A stretch of DNA of 61,446 nt, filler included, from Sphacelaria rigidula (GCA_964200075.2; 11 parts of 11 records of this genome joined end to end with filler, not necessarily neighbours in it); one strand, 5' to 3'; shown: positions 1 through 11,091, numbered from the whole stretch's first letter. The notes: a model not told the origin generated them from the letters alone. Numbers and translations are program-made.

Positions 1-51
1 GGTCAATGGTCTGATGACTATGGCAAGCATGATCATGAGTACACCCCCCCC
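1..51 (+). mobile_element. 3' terminus of C-tract-inserting non-LTR retrotransposon (subfamily B)
   Basis: GGTCAATGGTCTGATGACTATGGCAAGCATGATCATGAGTACA-CCCCCCC, matching the reverse complement of 59637-59690 and 11003-11050. Confidence 0.8.
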
Positions 52-559
52 TCCCGGAGGGCAATTTTTTCAAAAAGCCATGAAATTCTCGTTTTTGAAA
101 AAGTATATTGAGGAAATTTATCGAGAAACCTTGACAAAAAAAATCGACAAGTCTGGTGGGCTTCGCGAGGTTCGTACATTTGCTTCTGCTCCTTGCCCGC
201 TCTACTGTCCCGTTGTCCTCGGGTTCCGACCACCCTCTCACACGTGTATGCACACGAGCGCACGGTAGCGACAGCCTGCAGCCAAAGTTGCAACTTCATC
301 TCACGCGTCGCCAAACTTGCCCGGACTACTGATAGGTACTCGAGGCCCACGACACGGAACATGATCCCATAAACGTAATCTTGGGGGGGGCGGCGTGTCT
401 CCCATCTCATCGGTCTCCATGACAAGGATCTCTGTAGATGGGCGTAGCTGACCGCACCCGCCAACGCCCCAACAATAAACCGGGGGACAGCAGGCTGGGT
501 TCCCCCCCCCAAGAGGCCTACGTGTCCAAAATTGTTTTGTTGACCGACCCTTTGTCAGC

Positions 560-742
560 ACATGATAGCTGGATTCAGACTGTATGGAGCGCCTCATACG
601 GGCGGTATTGACACAAGCGATCCCACGCGCGTGGGAGCTCCAACTTCTCGGTGTGCTCGGCTGTTCTTGTCATTTTGATGTACACGTAGATTTTGCCTCC
701 CCAAACCAGCCACTTTTCTGGGGGAGGCTATCGCAATACCAG
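560..742 (+). repeat. Copy of abundant dispersed MITE family (Sola2-like); related copies at about 2230-2427, 3165-3368, 29293-29530, 30706/32706-32939, 33250-33471, 35810-35950, 36390-36470
   Basis: Shared blocks TTCAGACTGYATGRAGCGCCTCAT, ACGTAGATTTTGCCTCCCCAAACC and terminal GGGGGRGGCTATCGC. Confidence 0.8.
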
Positions 743-781
743 TCAAAAGAGAAGTAGTCCATCCTTGGAAACTACTTACAT

Positions 782-1584
782 TAGAGCTCGGAAATGGTAC
801 CAGTTATAACTGACCATTATCATTATAATGGTCATAATGGTAATGGTTATATAAAAGCTTTGGATAATGGTTTCAAACCAGTATTTACCGTTACCGGCTT
901 TATAAGCCATTACCGGCTACGTATGGTATGCTACATACACAGGCCTTGAAAATTGGCCCGAAATTCACGTATTTTTTAGCTCTCGTGAGGCCAAATCGCG
1001 TGAAAACGTGCTTCTAGTACCGCGCCTCTAGCGAAGCCCTCTGGGGGCGCCTCCGGCGGAACCCCCTTTGCCGGGGGGGGCTTTTTGGCTCACGGCTGCG
1101 CCGCTCGATGACCAAACCATTATGTACCATTTAATCAGTAGAGTTTACCACTCGTTAGTTGACAGATAGTTCTCGCAAATTTCCGGTTTGTGGACAGGTG
1201 CGTATTGGATTTTAGTGTGAAAACCGAAATCCGGATCTTTGGAGGGGGCTATGCTCCTAGCGTGCGCAGAACGCGTTTTTGTCTAAAGCGGCGCCTGGGG
1301 CGCCGATTTGAGGTCTGCCAACGCACACGTCGCCTAAGCAACACGTTGCACCCCCCTTGCCCGAGGGTTCTCGGTATGTCTTCTTCGTTGGGGTCGGGGT
1401 TGGGGTTAGGCTTACGGTTAGTGTTGTTCAAAATCCATCAGCACCTGCACAAACCATAAATTTCCGAAAACTATCTGTCAACTACCGAGTGGTAAACTCA
1501 CCTCCATTTAATAACTGGTTAATGAGTGCGCTACGCGTAACCATTCAAATGGTTGATGGTTAGACAAACCATTTCCGACCTCTA
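782..1584. mobile_element. Non-autonomous hAT-like DNA transposon (MITE)
   Basis: TIRs TAGAGCTCGGAAATGGT / ACCATTTCCGACCTCTA; 8-bp TSD ACTTACAT (774-781) / ACTTACGT (1585-1592); TAG start and 8-bp TSD are hAT hallmarks. Confidence 0.8.
1136..1504. mobile_element. Nested MITE with long TIRs and an internal telomere-like core
   Basis: GAGTTTACCACTCGTTAGTTGACAGATAGTT (1141) is inverted at 1469-1499; flanked by a duplicated CATTTAAT; internal GGGGTTGGGGTTAGGCTTACGGTTAG. Confidence 0.75.
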
Positions 1585-2324
1585 ACTTACGTAGTTCCGA
1601 ACTTTGTGTTTTCGGGCCAGTACAGGGATTATTCATCTATTATCTGCATGCGCACAGTGAGACGGCAATGAGATACACCCCACCCAACAAAGGTTACTCC
1701 GACGAAAAAAAATAGCGCGTTTGCGAAAGTCTTGTACGGCACTTTTTTTTCAGAAAAATCTTGGCACCCAGGGATCGCCTGCCTCCCTCAACAAGGAGTA
1801 GCTCTCAGTGGCGTGCTCGTTGGGTTTTCCCACCCTCGGCCTCATCTGGGGACACTGTTGCTTGAGGTGACGATCGTCGTGATAACGATACGGTAGTTCT
1901 GGTGGGTATGATCGTCGTGGTTCTTCGCGTGTAGTCTCTGTGGGATCAAGGTTGTCGCCGTGGCCCTAACCCACGTGAAGGTGGATACCCGATTGCACAA
2001 CCCGCGTCCTGGACAAGCTCAGGGCCTCTACGGGCTCTCGCGGCGCGCAAAGATACATCGGGATGTTCCTTCGGGATAGCGAGGGTTCAACTAAATTCGT
2101 GTGATACGCGCTCCGTGGTCGGTGGTCATGCGCGCATTATTCCTCGTCAAAGGTATCTCCGTCGTCGCGCCCTCTACAACATCTGCATGTGCTACGCTCT
2201 CGTCGCTTGTTTATTTCATCGTCAACGACAGACATTCTGAGAGACCTAGATTCTGGAACCAGCCGTCATCTCGATGCCTTGTATTCCCATTTCTTCGTGA
2301 CGGTTTATTTGTCCATTTTCTCGC

Positions 2325-2385
2325 GGGGGGGCGTACTCATTTGTTGCTCGCCTTAGTCGTTCGATCATTGACCACGCACCTCGTT
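2325..2385 (-). mobile_element. 5'-truncated 3' end of C-tract LINE (subfamily A) inserted in a MITE terminus
   Basis: GGGGGGGCGTACTCATTTGTTGC...GACCACGCA, flanked by the imperfect duplication TTTTCTCGCGGGGGGG / TTTTCTTGCGGAGGGG. Confidence 0.8.
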
Positions 2386-4046
2386 CGATCCTTTTTTCTT
2401 GCGGAGGGGCTATCGCGCCACCACTCTTCAACAAATCACTTTTGCCCACGTGAAGACTGGTGTAACTGGTATCCATGAAGTTGAGCGGTTGTTGGTTGAT
2501 TCAGTGCTTTCCAAATTCTCTGCTGGGCATATTTTTCCTGAACCGGAACTTGAGCGATTATATTGTGAGCGCACGTGTCGCTGTAGCACTTCATGGCTTG
2601 CCGTTGTCATCATGGGTTACCTCTCCTCACCGGCTGCTCAATACCTTCGTTTCTGCGATTGATGAAGTACTGTGTTTCTTCAACGGCCTGCGCCATGGTC
2701 TGTGTTCGTACACCGCTGCCGTTTATTTTCGATAATATCTCGGCTTCTGCTGCGCGCTGAGACTTGTCTTGAAAGCGATGCCGTGATTACCCTTTTCACA
2801 AATCAGCCTAAAAACTATCACGAACAAAATTGTCGTACAGTACAGCGCATGATAGAACAAGGAATCCTATAAAATGAGGTTCGTCATGAAAATGAGGTTC
2901 GAAGAGCGTAGCCGTTGAATGACAAAACCCCCTCAAGAGTACCGCACGACAGCGCTGATGCGTAATTTTGGGGAGGAGTAGCAAGTGCGTTCGTGGTTGT
3001 ACGTGCCGCCCATCCCTGGTTCGCTGCGGGCGACGGACAATAACAACGATTTGTCCATGCGAATGCGTTTGTTCGAATTTCGACGACGTTCTCACTATTG
3101 TTTGTCTCTAGGCCCGTGTCCAGAAGAAACTCTCTGGCGTCAAGTTGCTCGTCGGTGACGTGCTGGGGGGATATCACTACCAACACGTGGTTTCAGACTG
3201 CATGAAGCGCCTCGCTTATGTGGGCAATAATAATGGCGAAATAGACCCCAAGCGTGAGAGTCCCAAGCTGCTGGATGTGCTCGGCTTTTTTTTTGTCATT
3301 TCGACTCGCGTAGATATTTTGCCTCCTCAAACCAGTCACTGTTATGTTGGGGGCTATCGCGACGTCAACCTTGATTACTTTGGATTGCGGCAACTGTTTC
3401 TCGGCGTCGACAGCGATGGTTCGTACGATCCGCTCATTTAGATGGTCGAGTGCTGCGGGATTCTGCTGCTCTCAAGTGTTTCAAGATTTTTTCGCACACA
3501 TCTATTATAGCTCCCGTTGTTGAAGTGGAACTTGATTAAGTTTCGTTTTTTTTAGGGATTATTCATCATGGTGACAGACAAATGACTCCTTTTGGGGAGC
3601 TTCTGCGTGTTTATTCGAGCCTGGTCCGACCGAAACTGCAGGTTGTGGGTGTACCTGATTTTCCTTTCTCTCCCTCAGACAGCCCTGTCTTGCATCGATG
3701 AGCAGGTTTGACCTTATTACTGCCGTGCAGAATGGAAAAATATTTTGCCCGATATGTGATATGTCTCCTCATCCGCAGTTGCGGGAGGGCCAAAAAAGCC
3801 AGAACGTTTTTTTTTTTTTTTTGAAGTTGTATAAAATTCGCAAACGCTGAGTTTAGAAGGGCTCATTGAGCCGGGGGTATCCCTGCTGTAACCTTGACAT
3901 GCATGCCACCCACTCTTGATTTCAGCAAAAACACCCGGCGATACGTGCGCCGAAGACATTACCAGGTATGTCATGCGACAAAGCGTCACGCACATTGCCC
4001 CCCAAAACGCATGTACTCTTCACCATTCCATGTTAGTTCACATGTT

Positions 4047-4443
4047 TTAGGGTGTGTTGCTATTGTCTCCCTCCCCCCGCTCTCGATGATTTCGCGCCCG
4101 CGAGAGCGCCGTGATCCGGCCCAGTGTGTGCGGGTACCTGAATCGAAAGTGTGTGGCCTCGGCCACGTACGGTTTAATTAATTTCTGCGCCGCAACCACA
4201 GCGTGAAGGTACTCGTGGTGTTGGACTCGCTGGTTGCGGGGGACCGGCGAGCCGTCTCCTCCCGTTGGCAACTGGTCGCTGCATCCGATGTTGGTCACGC
4301 TCCACTTTGATGTTTCCTTCTTCTCGTTGGTGTGGTCCCCGTTCAGCACCGTTGAAGGTGGTGACAGCGGTAATGGTGATGGTAGCGAAGGTCTTAATGG
4401 GCTTGAAGAGGTCGAGGAGAAGCCCTTCTTGATTTTGTCGTAC

Positions 4444-4479
<36 letters not shown>

Positions 4480-4973
4480 CTGCTTCTGCTGCTGTTGCTG
4501 TCAGCACTGGAGGCTGTGTGGTACGTGTCGATGGTGCCTCTGCTGCTGATGCTTCTGCTGCTGATGCTTCTGCTGCTGTTGCTGTCAGCACTGGAGGCTG
4601 TGTGGTACGTGTCGATGGTGCCTCTGCTGCTGATGCTTCTGCTGCTGATGCTGTCAGCACTGGAGGTTGTGTGGTACGTGTTAATGGTGCTCGCGACGGA
4701 TGTGGTGCTGCCGTGGGAAGTGATTCCTCGGTTCACATGTTTCTGTTGCTGCTGGTGTCGTGACTTCAGCGTGAACGCTGCGGCAACATTATCTGCTGAG
4801 TTTCTCACGTTGGCGGTACAGCTGCTATCACTTGACCTGCCGATTATGGCCGGGTTAGCACCGGCAGCAGCAACTGGAGGAGTAACGCTGGCCGTGGCGG
4901 TACCAATTTTGCTCGTCGTTTTTTGTGCCTTAGTTGTGGCCACCGAAGTCGAAACCTCGTCCAGTGTATTGTC
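4047..4973 (-). CDS. Probable (terminal) exon encoding a Ser/Thr-rich low-complexity protein with tandem repeats
   Basis: About 300-codon open frame; candidate acceptor AATCAAG|GAC at 4973; repeats TYHT(A/T)SSADS(N/I)SSRSISSR; no recognisable domain. The plus-strand poly-Leu frame is probably its antisense shadow. Confidence 0.5.
4440..4682. repeat. Coding minisatellite: three ~70-85-bp units built from 15-bp subunits, plus a (CTG)n tract
   Basis: GTCAGCACTGGAGGYTGTGTGGTACGTG occurs three times; repeated CTGCTGCTGATGCTT subunits. Confidence 0.9.
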
Positions 4974-5496
4974 CTTGATTCAGGGTGAGGCGTACGTACG
5001 GGCGGGCGGACGGACAGACGGACAGACGAACAGTGAGAAAAAAAAATGCTCTCAGCGAGGAGTGTGGACGCGCTGGCGTGAATAGAAGAGACTACACAGG
5101 AAGGAGTGGCATATAATTTCCGTGACGCTGTTTTGCACAGCGCATCTCTCTCTCTCCCTCCTCAAGCTTGACACGTATATTTTGAAGTCCGCAAGGAATT
5201 CAAGATGCGTACGGTCGATGGAGTCATCTGCTTTGTACCCGGCCAGGAATGAGTAGGAGCGGCGGTTGTTGTGGCACGGAAATTGATACACCCCTGCTTC
5301 ATCGTATCGGTTGCCGAGCGCAGTTTTTGGCTTGCATCCATAGCGATGTTTACTAGTGGTGTTCTCGTACGTGTTCGACGTTGTCCATGTGCTCCAGATC
5401 TCTTTTCCCCCCCCCCCCCCCCCGCGCCCCCCCCCCCCCCCCCCCCCCACCCCTCGCCAACACCCCCCCACCCGCCCCCTCCCCCTCCACCTCATC

Positions 5497-5596
5497 NNNN
5501 NNNNNNNNNNNNNNNNNNNNNNNNNNNNNNNNNNNNNNNNTTAATTAATTAANNNNNNNNNNNNNNNNNNNNNNNNNNNNNNNNNNNNNNNNNNNN
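5497..5596. other. Artificial contig linker (N-run + TTAATTAATTAA + N-run); identical linkers at 11092, 16687, 22282, 27877, 33472, 39067, 44662, 50257, 55852
   Basis: Ten identical 100-bp spacers spaced 5595 bp apart, carrying a six-frame stop cassette; the contigs look length-sorted and concatenated. Confidence 0.98.
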
Positions 5597-5665
5597 CTTT
5601 ACGCTATACTGCCATCGCAATTTCCTCATGTCCCTGTTTGCTTTTAGTGAGTACATTCCAAACAA
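5597..5665 (-). mobile_element. Internal fragment of the same LINE family (post-RT region)
   Basis: Translates GMYSLKANRDMRKLRWQYSVK, versus GIYSLKTNRDTRKLRWQYSVK at 31178-31240. Confidence 0.85.
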
Positions 5666-5835
5666 CTTGGTTGGGCGGGGGGGGGGGGAGCCCTGGTGCT
5701 GTGATTTCCCGATGTGGGGCCCCTTGAGCAACAACATACATTCATCCATAAAGAGCATGATCCTACGTGACCCAAACGCGGAATCTCGGCGCAACTCGTC
5801 CGGCCGCTTCCTGCCTACACAACACGAATAATACG

Positions 5836-6200
5836 CCTGTGTGTGTGTTGTCATCCCAGTTATTCTGGACGCCGGTCTACATATTTCGGTACATGTGAAC
5901 GCACCAGCCGGGGTCACACAGGAGGAGGGCCAGCACAACGAGTTTTTTTTTTTTTTCTCAATTGTAATAGTTCTTCACCTTCCCTCTGCGGTGCTTGCCT
6001 TCAGTTTTTATCGCGAGAGGAGTTCAGCAGTCCCATTTCCCTCGTTGACCGTGTCCTTGATTTTTATTTTTTGTGTACCCACGACATACTGTAGTCGCTC
6101 GATTGCATTGTGCGAGAAAAATCCCAGATCGCTCCAAGATTCGAACCCATGACCTAACCGTGAAACCGTTTCGACGTTACCAACTGAGCCACAGGGGCGA
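5836..6200 (-). mobile_element. tRNA-derived SINE, near full length, (CA)n-like tail
   Basis: Minus strand starts TCGCCCCTGTGGCTCAGTTGG (A box) ... GGTTCGAATC (B box); body matches 21925-22281; ends in a CA-rich tail. Confidence 0.85.
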
Positions 6201-6589
6201 AGTATGATACGCCTGCACAGAAGAATCCGACAAAACGAAACAATCATGCCTCCACGGAGGCGGTTCTTTCCCACTTCGGCTCCGACATTCGACGGTTGAA
6301 ATTACTTCGCTCCTTGTCAAGCCCCAAAAGGAAGGCTGAGAATTCTTGGGAATAAGGAGCGATGCAGAGGATGCCCGAGACAAAATGTGCGCCGGCAGAG
6401 CTTGAATCATCGCAGTTGGCGACGACTTCGGCGTGGATTGGAGTCAAGACCCGAGATGCATGCTCCGCACACCATGCCAGCGCTCGGTACTGTCCGCCCT
6501 TCAAAGATCCGAATATAATAACCCCATATACTACAAACACCAAGTACGTTTCAACCATTGGACTCCGGAGCTGAACAAGGGGAAAAATC

Positions 6590-6885
6590 TGTAGACCTAA
6601 GGCTTTGGTCGTATGTCTATGGTCAACAACAGATGTTTACATGATTCAAGACTTGATTGGGAAAGTTCTGAGAAAAACGATGGTTTAGGGCAGGTGTTCT
6701 GATCGAAATCGGCGCCTGCAGCGTCGATTTCAGGTCTGCCAACGCACACTCCGCCTAGGGGAACATGTGCACCCCCCTTGCCCGAGATTCTCGTACGCCT
6801 TGGGTCGGGGTTAGCGTTGGCGTTTTTGTTAGTTTGTTCGAAAGAATCAACCATAGATATACGACCAAAACTGTAGGTCGACTCG
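6590..6885. mobile_element. MITE with telomere-like core but different TIRs from the 1136-1504 copy
   Basis: GTAGACCTAAGGCTTTGGTCGTATGTCTATGGT / ACCATAGATATACGACCAAAACTGTAGGTCGAC inverted; core TGCACCCCCCTTGCCCGAG...GGGTCGGGGTTAGCG. Confidence 0.7.
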
Positions 6886-6924
6886 AACAAAAGACTAGTG
6901 GATTTACAACATCTACAAACTGAC

Positions 6925-9900
6925 CTGCACGGCGCGGTTGCCGGGCTTCCTTCGCTCCTAGACATATCGCTCCCCATCCTCGCCAGGCGGTGCACCAGAT
7001 CCCCCCCGGGCATTGGTCCCCGCATGCCGCCGCCGATACCGCCTCCTGGGAGGCCTCTCCTGTCTGGATGATGACTGTTGGGCATCATGCCGTGTCCGTT
7101 GTTGGTGGGGGGGCCGGGATGCATGTGACCGTTGTTGTGGTTCATACCGGCCGCGGCCAATGTCTCCGAGTTCCCCTCAGCGATAAGCCGATTGAGCATC
7201 GCGACAGCTGCGTCAACGTTTTTCTTCTCTCCCGTTACGCAAAATGTGGACATCTGAGGTTGGATCCGGGCCGAGGGGACACGGACGGCGAAGAGGCAGA
7301 GAGCGAGGCGATGAACTCATGTTGCAGGATAATTCTCGTTTCGCACGAGAGCACAGGGAATAGCTCAGAAGCTCAGTGCATAGCGTTGTCAATAAATCGA
7401 CGAGCACAGGTCACTTTTCTCGCGAAGAAAAAAAAAAGCCGTGCGTCACTCAACCACCCGCCCCCCTCCATCAGACTGGGATTTGAACCCTGCTCCGTTT
7501 CACCACTTTTACTGTTCTCGCACCCAACCCATGTAAGGAGGTGAACTCGTGAAAATTGAACAACACAGTACTGTCACCAAGGGGCGCTACCAACATAAGT
7601 ACCCACCCCCTCGATTCTAGCAATAGCTCGGTGTGGGCGAGACCTGAGGAGGGGGGGCGTGGGTGGGTGGGGGGGTGGGGGGGTACACCCGTTATGAGGG
7701 GGATAACCCCAAGATAACATGGGTAATAGACAATGACGATAGTAAGCACTGTACCACTAGAATTTCTGCCGGACTTTTCACGTTTTTCCTCCTCATCAAG
7801 AGCTTGCGAGGGGGTGGGGAAGGAAGATCCTGGACCCCAGCTGGTGGCACCCTTCGTCCCTGGGCATAGTCAGCGCATTTTCCATTTCAAGTCGTGGTGA
7901 GACTGGTGAGTGTACGAACAGCCGACCTGCAAATGTGTACAGTACAGTAAAATACTGCATCGAATCCTCCATCCTCCCCCTCCCTGCGCGCGCTTTTCCC
8001 CCTCCCTGAGCTTACCTTGCAGTTTGCAAAGACGCAGCTAGCACCACTCTCCGCCTGAATCTTCCGGCTGAGCCTCTGGATGGACGGGAGCAGGTGCACA
8101 GGGCACTGCACAGTCTGCGTGATGCCTGCACCGCCACCCGCCTGTGCTCGCGTTTATTCCAGCGCAAGAGAAAAAAAGAAATGCAAAGGGCGGCGGCACA
8201 GCAAAGAGTCGTTCGACAACCATATGGTTGAGTCATCCATCCTCTGTTCAATCGGTATCAAGCTTTATTGTTCTCCCTCCATCTTTCTCTCTCTCTCTCA
8301 CACAGTACCAGGGCTATCTTAAAATTTACCCTTGCACTAAAAATGTCATTTTCCAAGTGAAAATGAGTCGATTCAACGACTGACCCATGCTGGCGGTCAG
8401 AGGATTCAACGGTAGCCCATACCCCTCCCTCCCCACACACATCTCGTCTCGAAAGGGATGCGTGGTCGATGGTCAAACGGCTAAGGCAAGCAACAAATGC
8501 GTAGTATGTCCCGAGCGGAGGGAAACATGTATCGCACAGGCGAGATAATTATATTTGATGGAGTAAATAAAGTGAAAATAAACATGAGTTATTATTTACT
8601 GAAAATGCATGGAGAAAAACAACAGAGTTTTTACTACTTGGTAGGCCTTTACTTGATCTCAGCGTCAAAACCACGATTTGGAATCTTTAATGGGAGTGTG
8701 CTCCTAGCGTGCGCAGAACGCGCGTTCTTGCCTCGGTCGGTGCCGCAGGTGCCGATATGACGTCTACCAATGCACACTTTGCCTACTAAACACGTTGCAC
8801 CCCCCTTATCCGAGGGTTCTCGGTATGCTTTCGCAGGGGTTAGGGTTAGGGTTAGCGTTATCGCAAACGACAAAATGCCGAGAATTTTCTCCAACGTGCC
8901 AACGTAGTGGTAAACTGACCTCAAGAAAAAACTACATTACCATCGCTTAGCATTTGAAACGAACTTTCCCATCAAGCGTCATACGCACAGCGATTGCCCA
9001 TCAATGCGCTGAGGGCCTAAGAAGCACTAGCACAATCCAGGTACAGTGTGAAGTCATCCTCCAAGAATTGGCGGGACTGTCACATCAGCCGGTTGGCCGC
9101 GGGCAGCACAAGGGTTGCTGTGCGACAATCAGCCGATCAAACTGCGTTACAGTGATACGTGACAAGGTCGAGCGACATAGATTTTTCACTCCTTGTGCAT
9201 CAACAGCCCGATCCAAACTGGACCGGACCGGACCGGACCGGGTCTGACAATGGTGAAAGTGCCGTAGCAGTACTTCATCGATCATCGTTTTCACTTTGGT
9301 TTGCCCCGTATGCTTGATATATGATCCTGATCCCCTCCCCATACAATAATAGCGCTACGACAACACAGATATTCAACTCACACTCACAGCATCTGATCGT
9401 GCAACAAACAAGATATCGTACCGGTACGCAGGAACACAGCTGCCCCTGGCCGGCACAAAATCGAGCCAGCAGGGTCAAAAAACCTCGTTTTGGGACTCCT
9501 TAAGTAATCGGGGTATATTCTTTGCCCCTTCTCACTTCTCCGAGAAAAAGCAGATCCTTCATAATCCCATTTTCATTTTTATTCCTCCTTCTTGATTTTT
9601 TTCTCGAGAAAATCGAAGCACAGTCTTCTTTGACACAAATTTCAAAATTTCGGGCGAAAAACCTAGCTTTCATCATCCATCAGCCCGCCAGGTGTGCCGA
9701 AAAGAAAGAAACAACGCAAAAATTAAAAAGAAAACAACAGGAAAGACAAAGGAAAAGAAAAAGGAAAAAGGAAAGATAGTAAAAGAAGAGAAAACCACCA
9801 AACAAAAAACATGCGTTCCAATGGTTTCAATCTTTCGTTGCTGAACATCTGAATCTGGCGAGTCATATTTTTCAAGCGAACACGGTGCCGATGAATTAGC

Positions 9901-10855
9901 AAGAATTTAAAAATGTAGACCTTCGGAAGTAATAAGTGAGTCAAAGCATCGCGACCGGACATACGATTTACATACCGTCGATGAGCAGTAGTAATACTCA
10001 AACGCGCACGATAAGCGAAACAGAATAGATAACGCACAAACACACACATACACGTATCACGTATCACGTATCACGTATCACATATCACAAACACGTATCA
10101 CATACACGAATAAGTGCCAGGCCGGCGCGTGCACTGCACCAAATTGACAGGGTTTTTTGTGGGTTCAACTCCCTGCACTGCCTTGAGCAAAGGATTCCGA
10201 ACGCTCGAGGCGCCTACCCCATGTAACCGCCACGCGGTGGTCTAGCCTAGCCTCCGGATAATCGGAATCATAACCCGTGCGCGGGTAACGTGCTGGGTGA
10301 GGTTTCATCCTTCCTTCAAGGGAAAACACAGACACAAAAAACCTTTACCTGGGTCTTTGCGATAAACGTTGGTGCCGTCTTTACGAAACAGTTGACGGCA
10401 TCCATGGCTCCCTCCACCTCTTGTACTGCTCTCGCTTCAACGATAACGCACTGTCATGTCAAAGGGAGAAGCAAGAAAAGTTGACAAAAAAATAAAGGAA
10501 GCCATGTATATGATGTGAATATACCTCCATTCAGAGGACAAAAACAAAAGAAATCATGGGGGAAAAAAAAGGTTGCATGAAAATTCTCCTCCTCCACCCC
10601 CCCGAAAAAAAAAAAGAAGCGGAAGTATCAAATCAAACAACCGAAATCTTCATATTTGAACATTTGGTGATCTGCATTCAGTACGCGGAAAGATTTCCTG
10701 CTCGACAAAACACAACGCCTCACCTGCCCAGGAACGTCGACCCACAGCTCCGTGCCGGTCTGCTGCTTGAGCATGCGCGCGTTGCACCCCTTGTGCCCAA
10801 TGACCCAGCCGATTATGGACGTTGGTAGATGGGCCACTGCGCGATATCGCCCGGC
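6925..10855 (-). CDS. Partial multi-exon KH-domain RNA-binding protein (exons 10724-10855, 10349-10450, 8016-8141, 6925-7253)
   Basis: All four exons bounded by AG/GT and in phase; the join gives HLPTSIIGWVIGHKGCNARMLKQQTGTELWVD (KH GxxG) ... then a second degenerate KH (VQCPVHLLPSIQRLSRKIQAESGA ... FCVTGEKKNVDAAVAMLNRLI) and a Gly/Pro/Asn/His-rich tail. Confidence 0.85.
8445..8500 (+). mobile_element. LINE 3'-end fragment (subfamily A)
   Basis: CGTCTCGAAAGGGATGCGTGGTCGATGGTCAAACGGCTAAGGCAAGCAACAAATG, preceded by a C-rich tract. Confidence 0.75.
8670..8918. repeat. Third copy of the telomere-core repeat, with perfect GGGTTA units
   Basis: TGCTCCTAGCGTGCGCAGAACGCG ... CACGTTGCACCCCCCTTATCCGAGGGTTCTCGGTATG ... 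GGGGTTAGGGTTAGGGTTAGCG. Confidence 0.75.
10050..10105. repeat. (CACGTAT)n microsatellite
   Basis: Directly visible 7-bp tandem units. Confidence 0.85.
10138..10330 (-). repeat. Unclassified dispersed repeat homologous to 33625-33805
   Basis: Its reverse complement shares GGAAGGA-GAAACC, GGCTAGACCACC, GGCGGT, GGCGCYTCGAGCG, AAGGCAGTG and GTCAAYTT blocks in the same order. Confidence 0.75.
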
Positions 10856-10910
10856 CTTTGTGTGTTATCGCAAACGTGACGAAAAACAGGGGGAGAGAGG
10901 GGGGAGGGGG

Positions 10911-11091
10911 AGGGGGGGGGCGTACTCATTTGTTGCTTGCCTGAGTCGTTTGACTATTAACCACGCATCCGTCTCGAGATGGAGGAAACGATGACGAGGG
11001 AGGGGGGGTAATCATGATCTTGCATATCATGGTCATAAGACCATTGACCTCGCATCCCTACAAAACCGGGACGGAGCACGCCGGGTTTTCG
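10911..11091 (-). mobile_element. Two stacked LINE 3' ends (subfamily A 10911-10982, subfamily B 11003-11091), each at a G-run
   Basis: GGGGGGGGGCGTACTCATTTG... and GGGGGGGTAATCATGATC...CCATTGACCTCGCATCC. Confidence 0.8.

Noticed and set aside
2884..3186. Faint resemblance to a hAT dimerisation motif (also 18540-18670)
   Set aside because: Similarity is too weak to call without a profile search
4234..5085. 283-aa poly-Leu membrane protein on the plus strand
   Set aside because: Best explained as the antisense shadow of a Ser-rich repeat exon
5406..5496. Poly-Pro/poly-Gly ORFs
   Set aside because: Translation of a C homopolymer tract at a contig end
6125..6200. Possible tRNA gene (also 22205-22281, 49370-49445, 53495-53560)
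   Set aside because: A/B boxes are present but the cloverleaf is poor, and most are fused to a repeated SINE body
6244..6430. Possible terminal exon of the KH gene
   Set aside because: Candidate acceptors do not give a long reading frame in phase with the 6925 donor; unresolved
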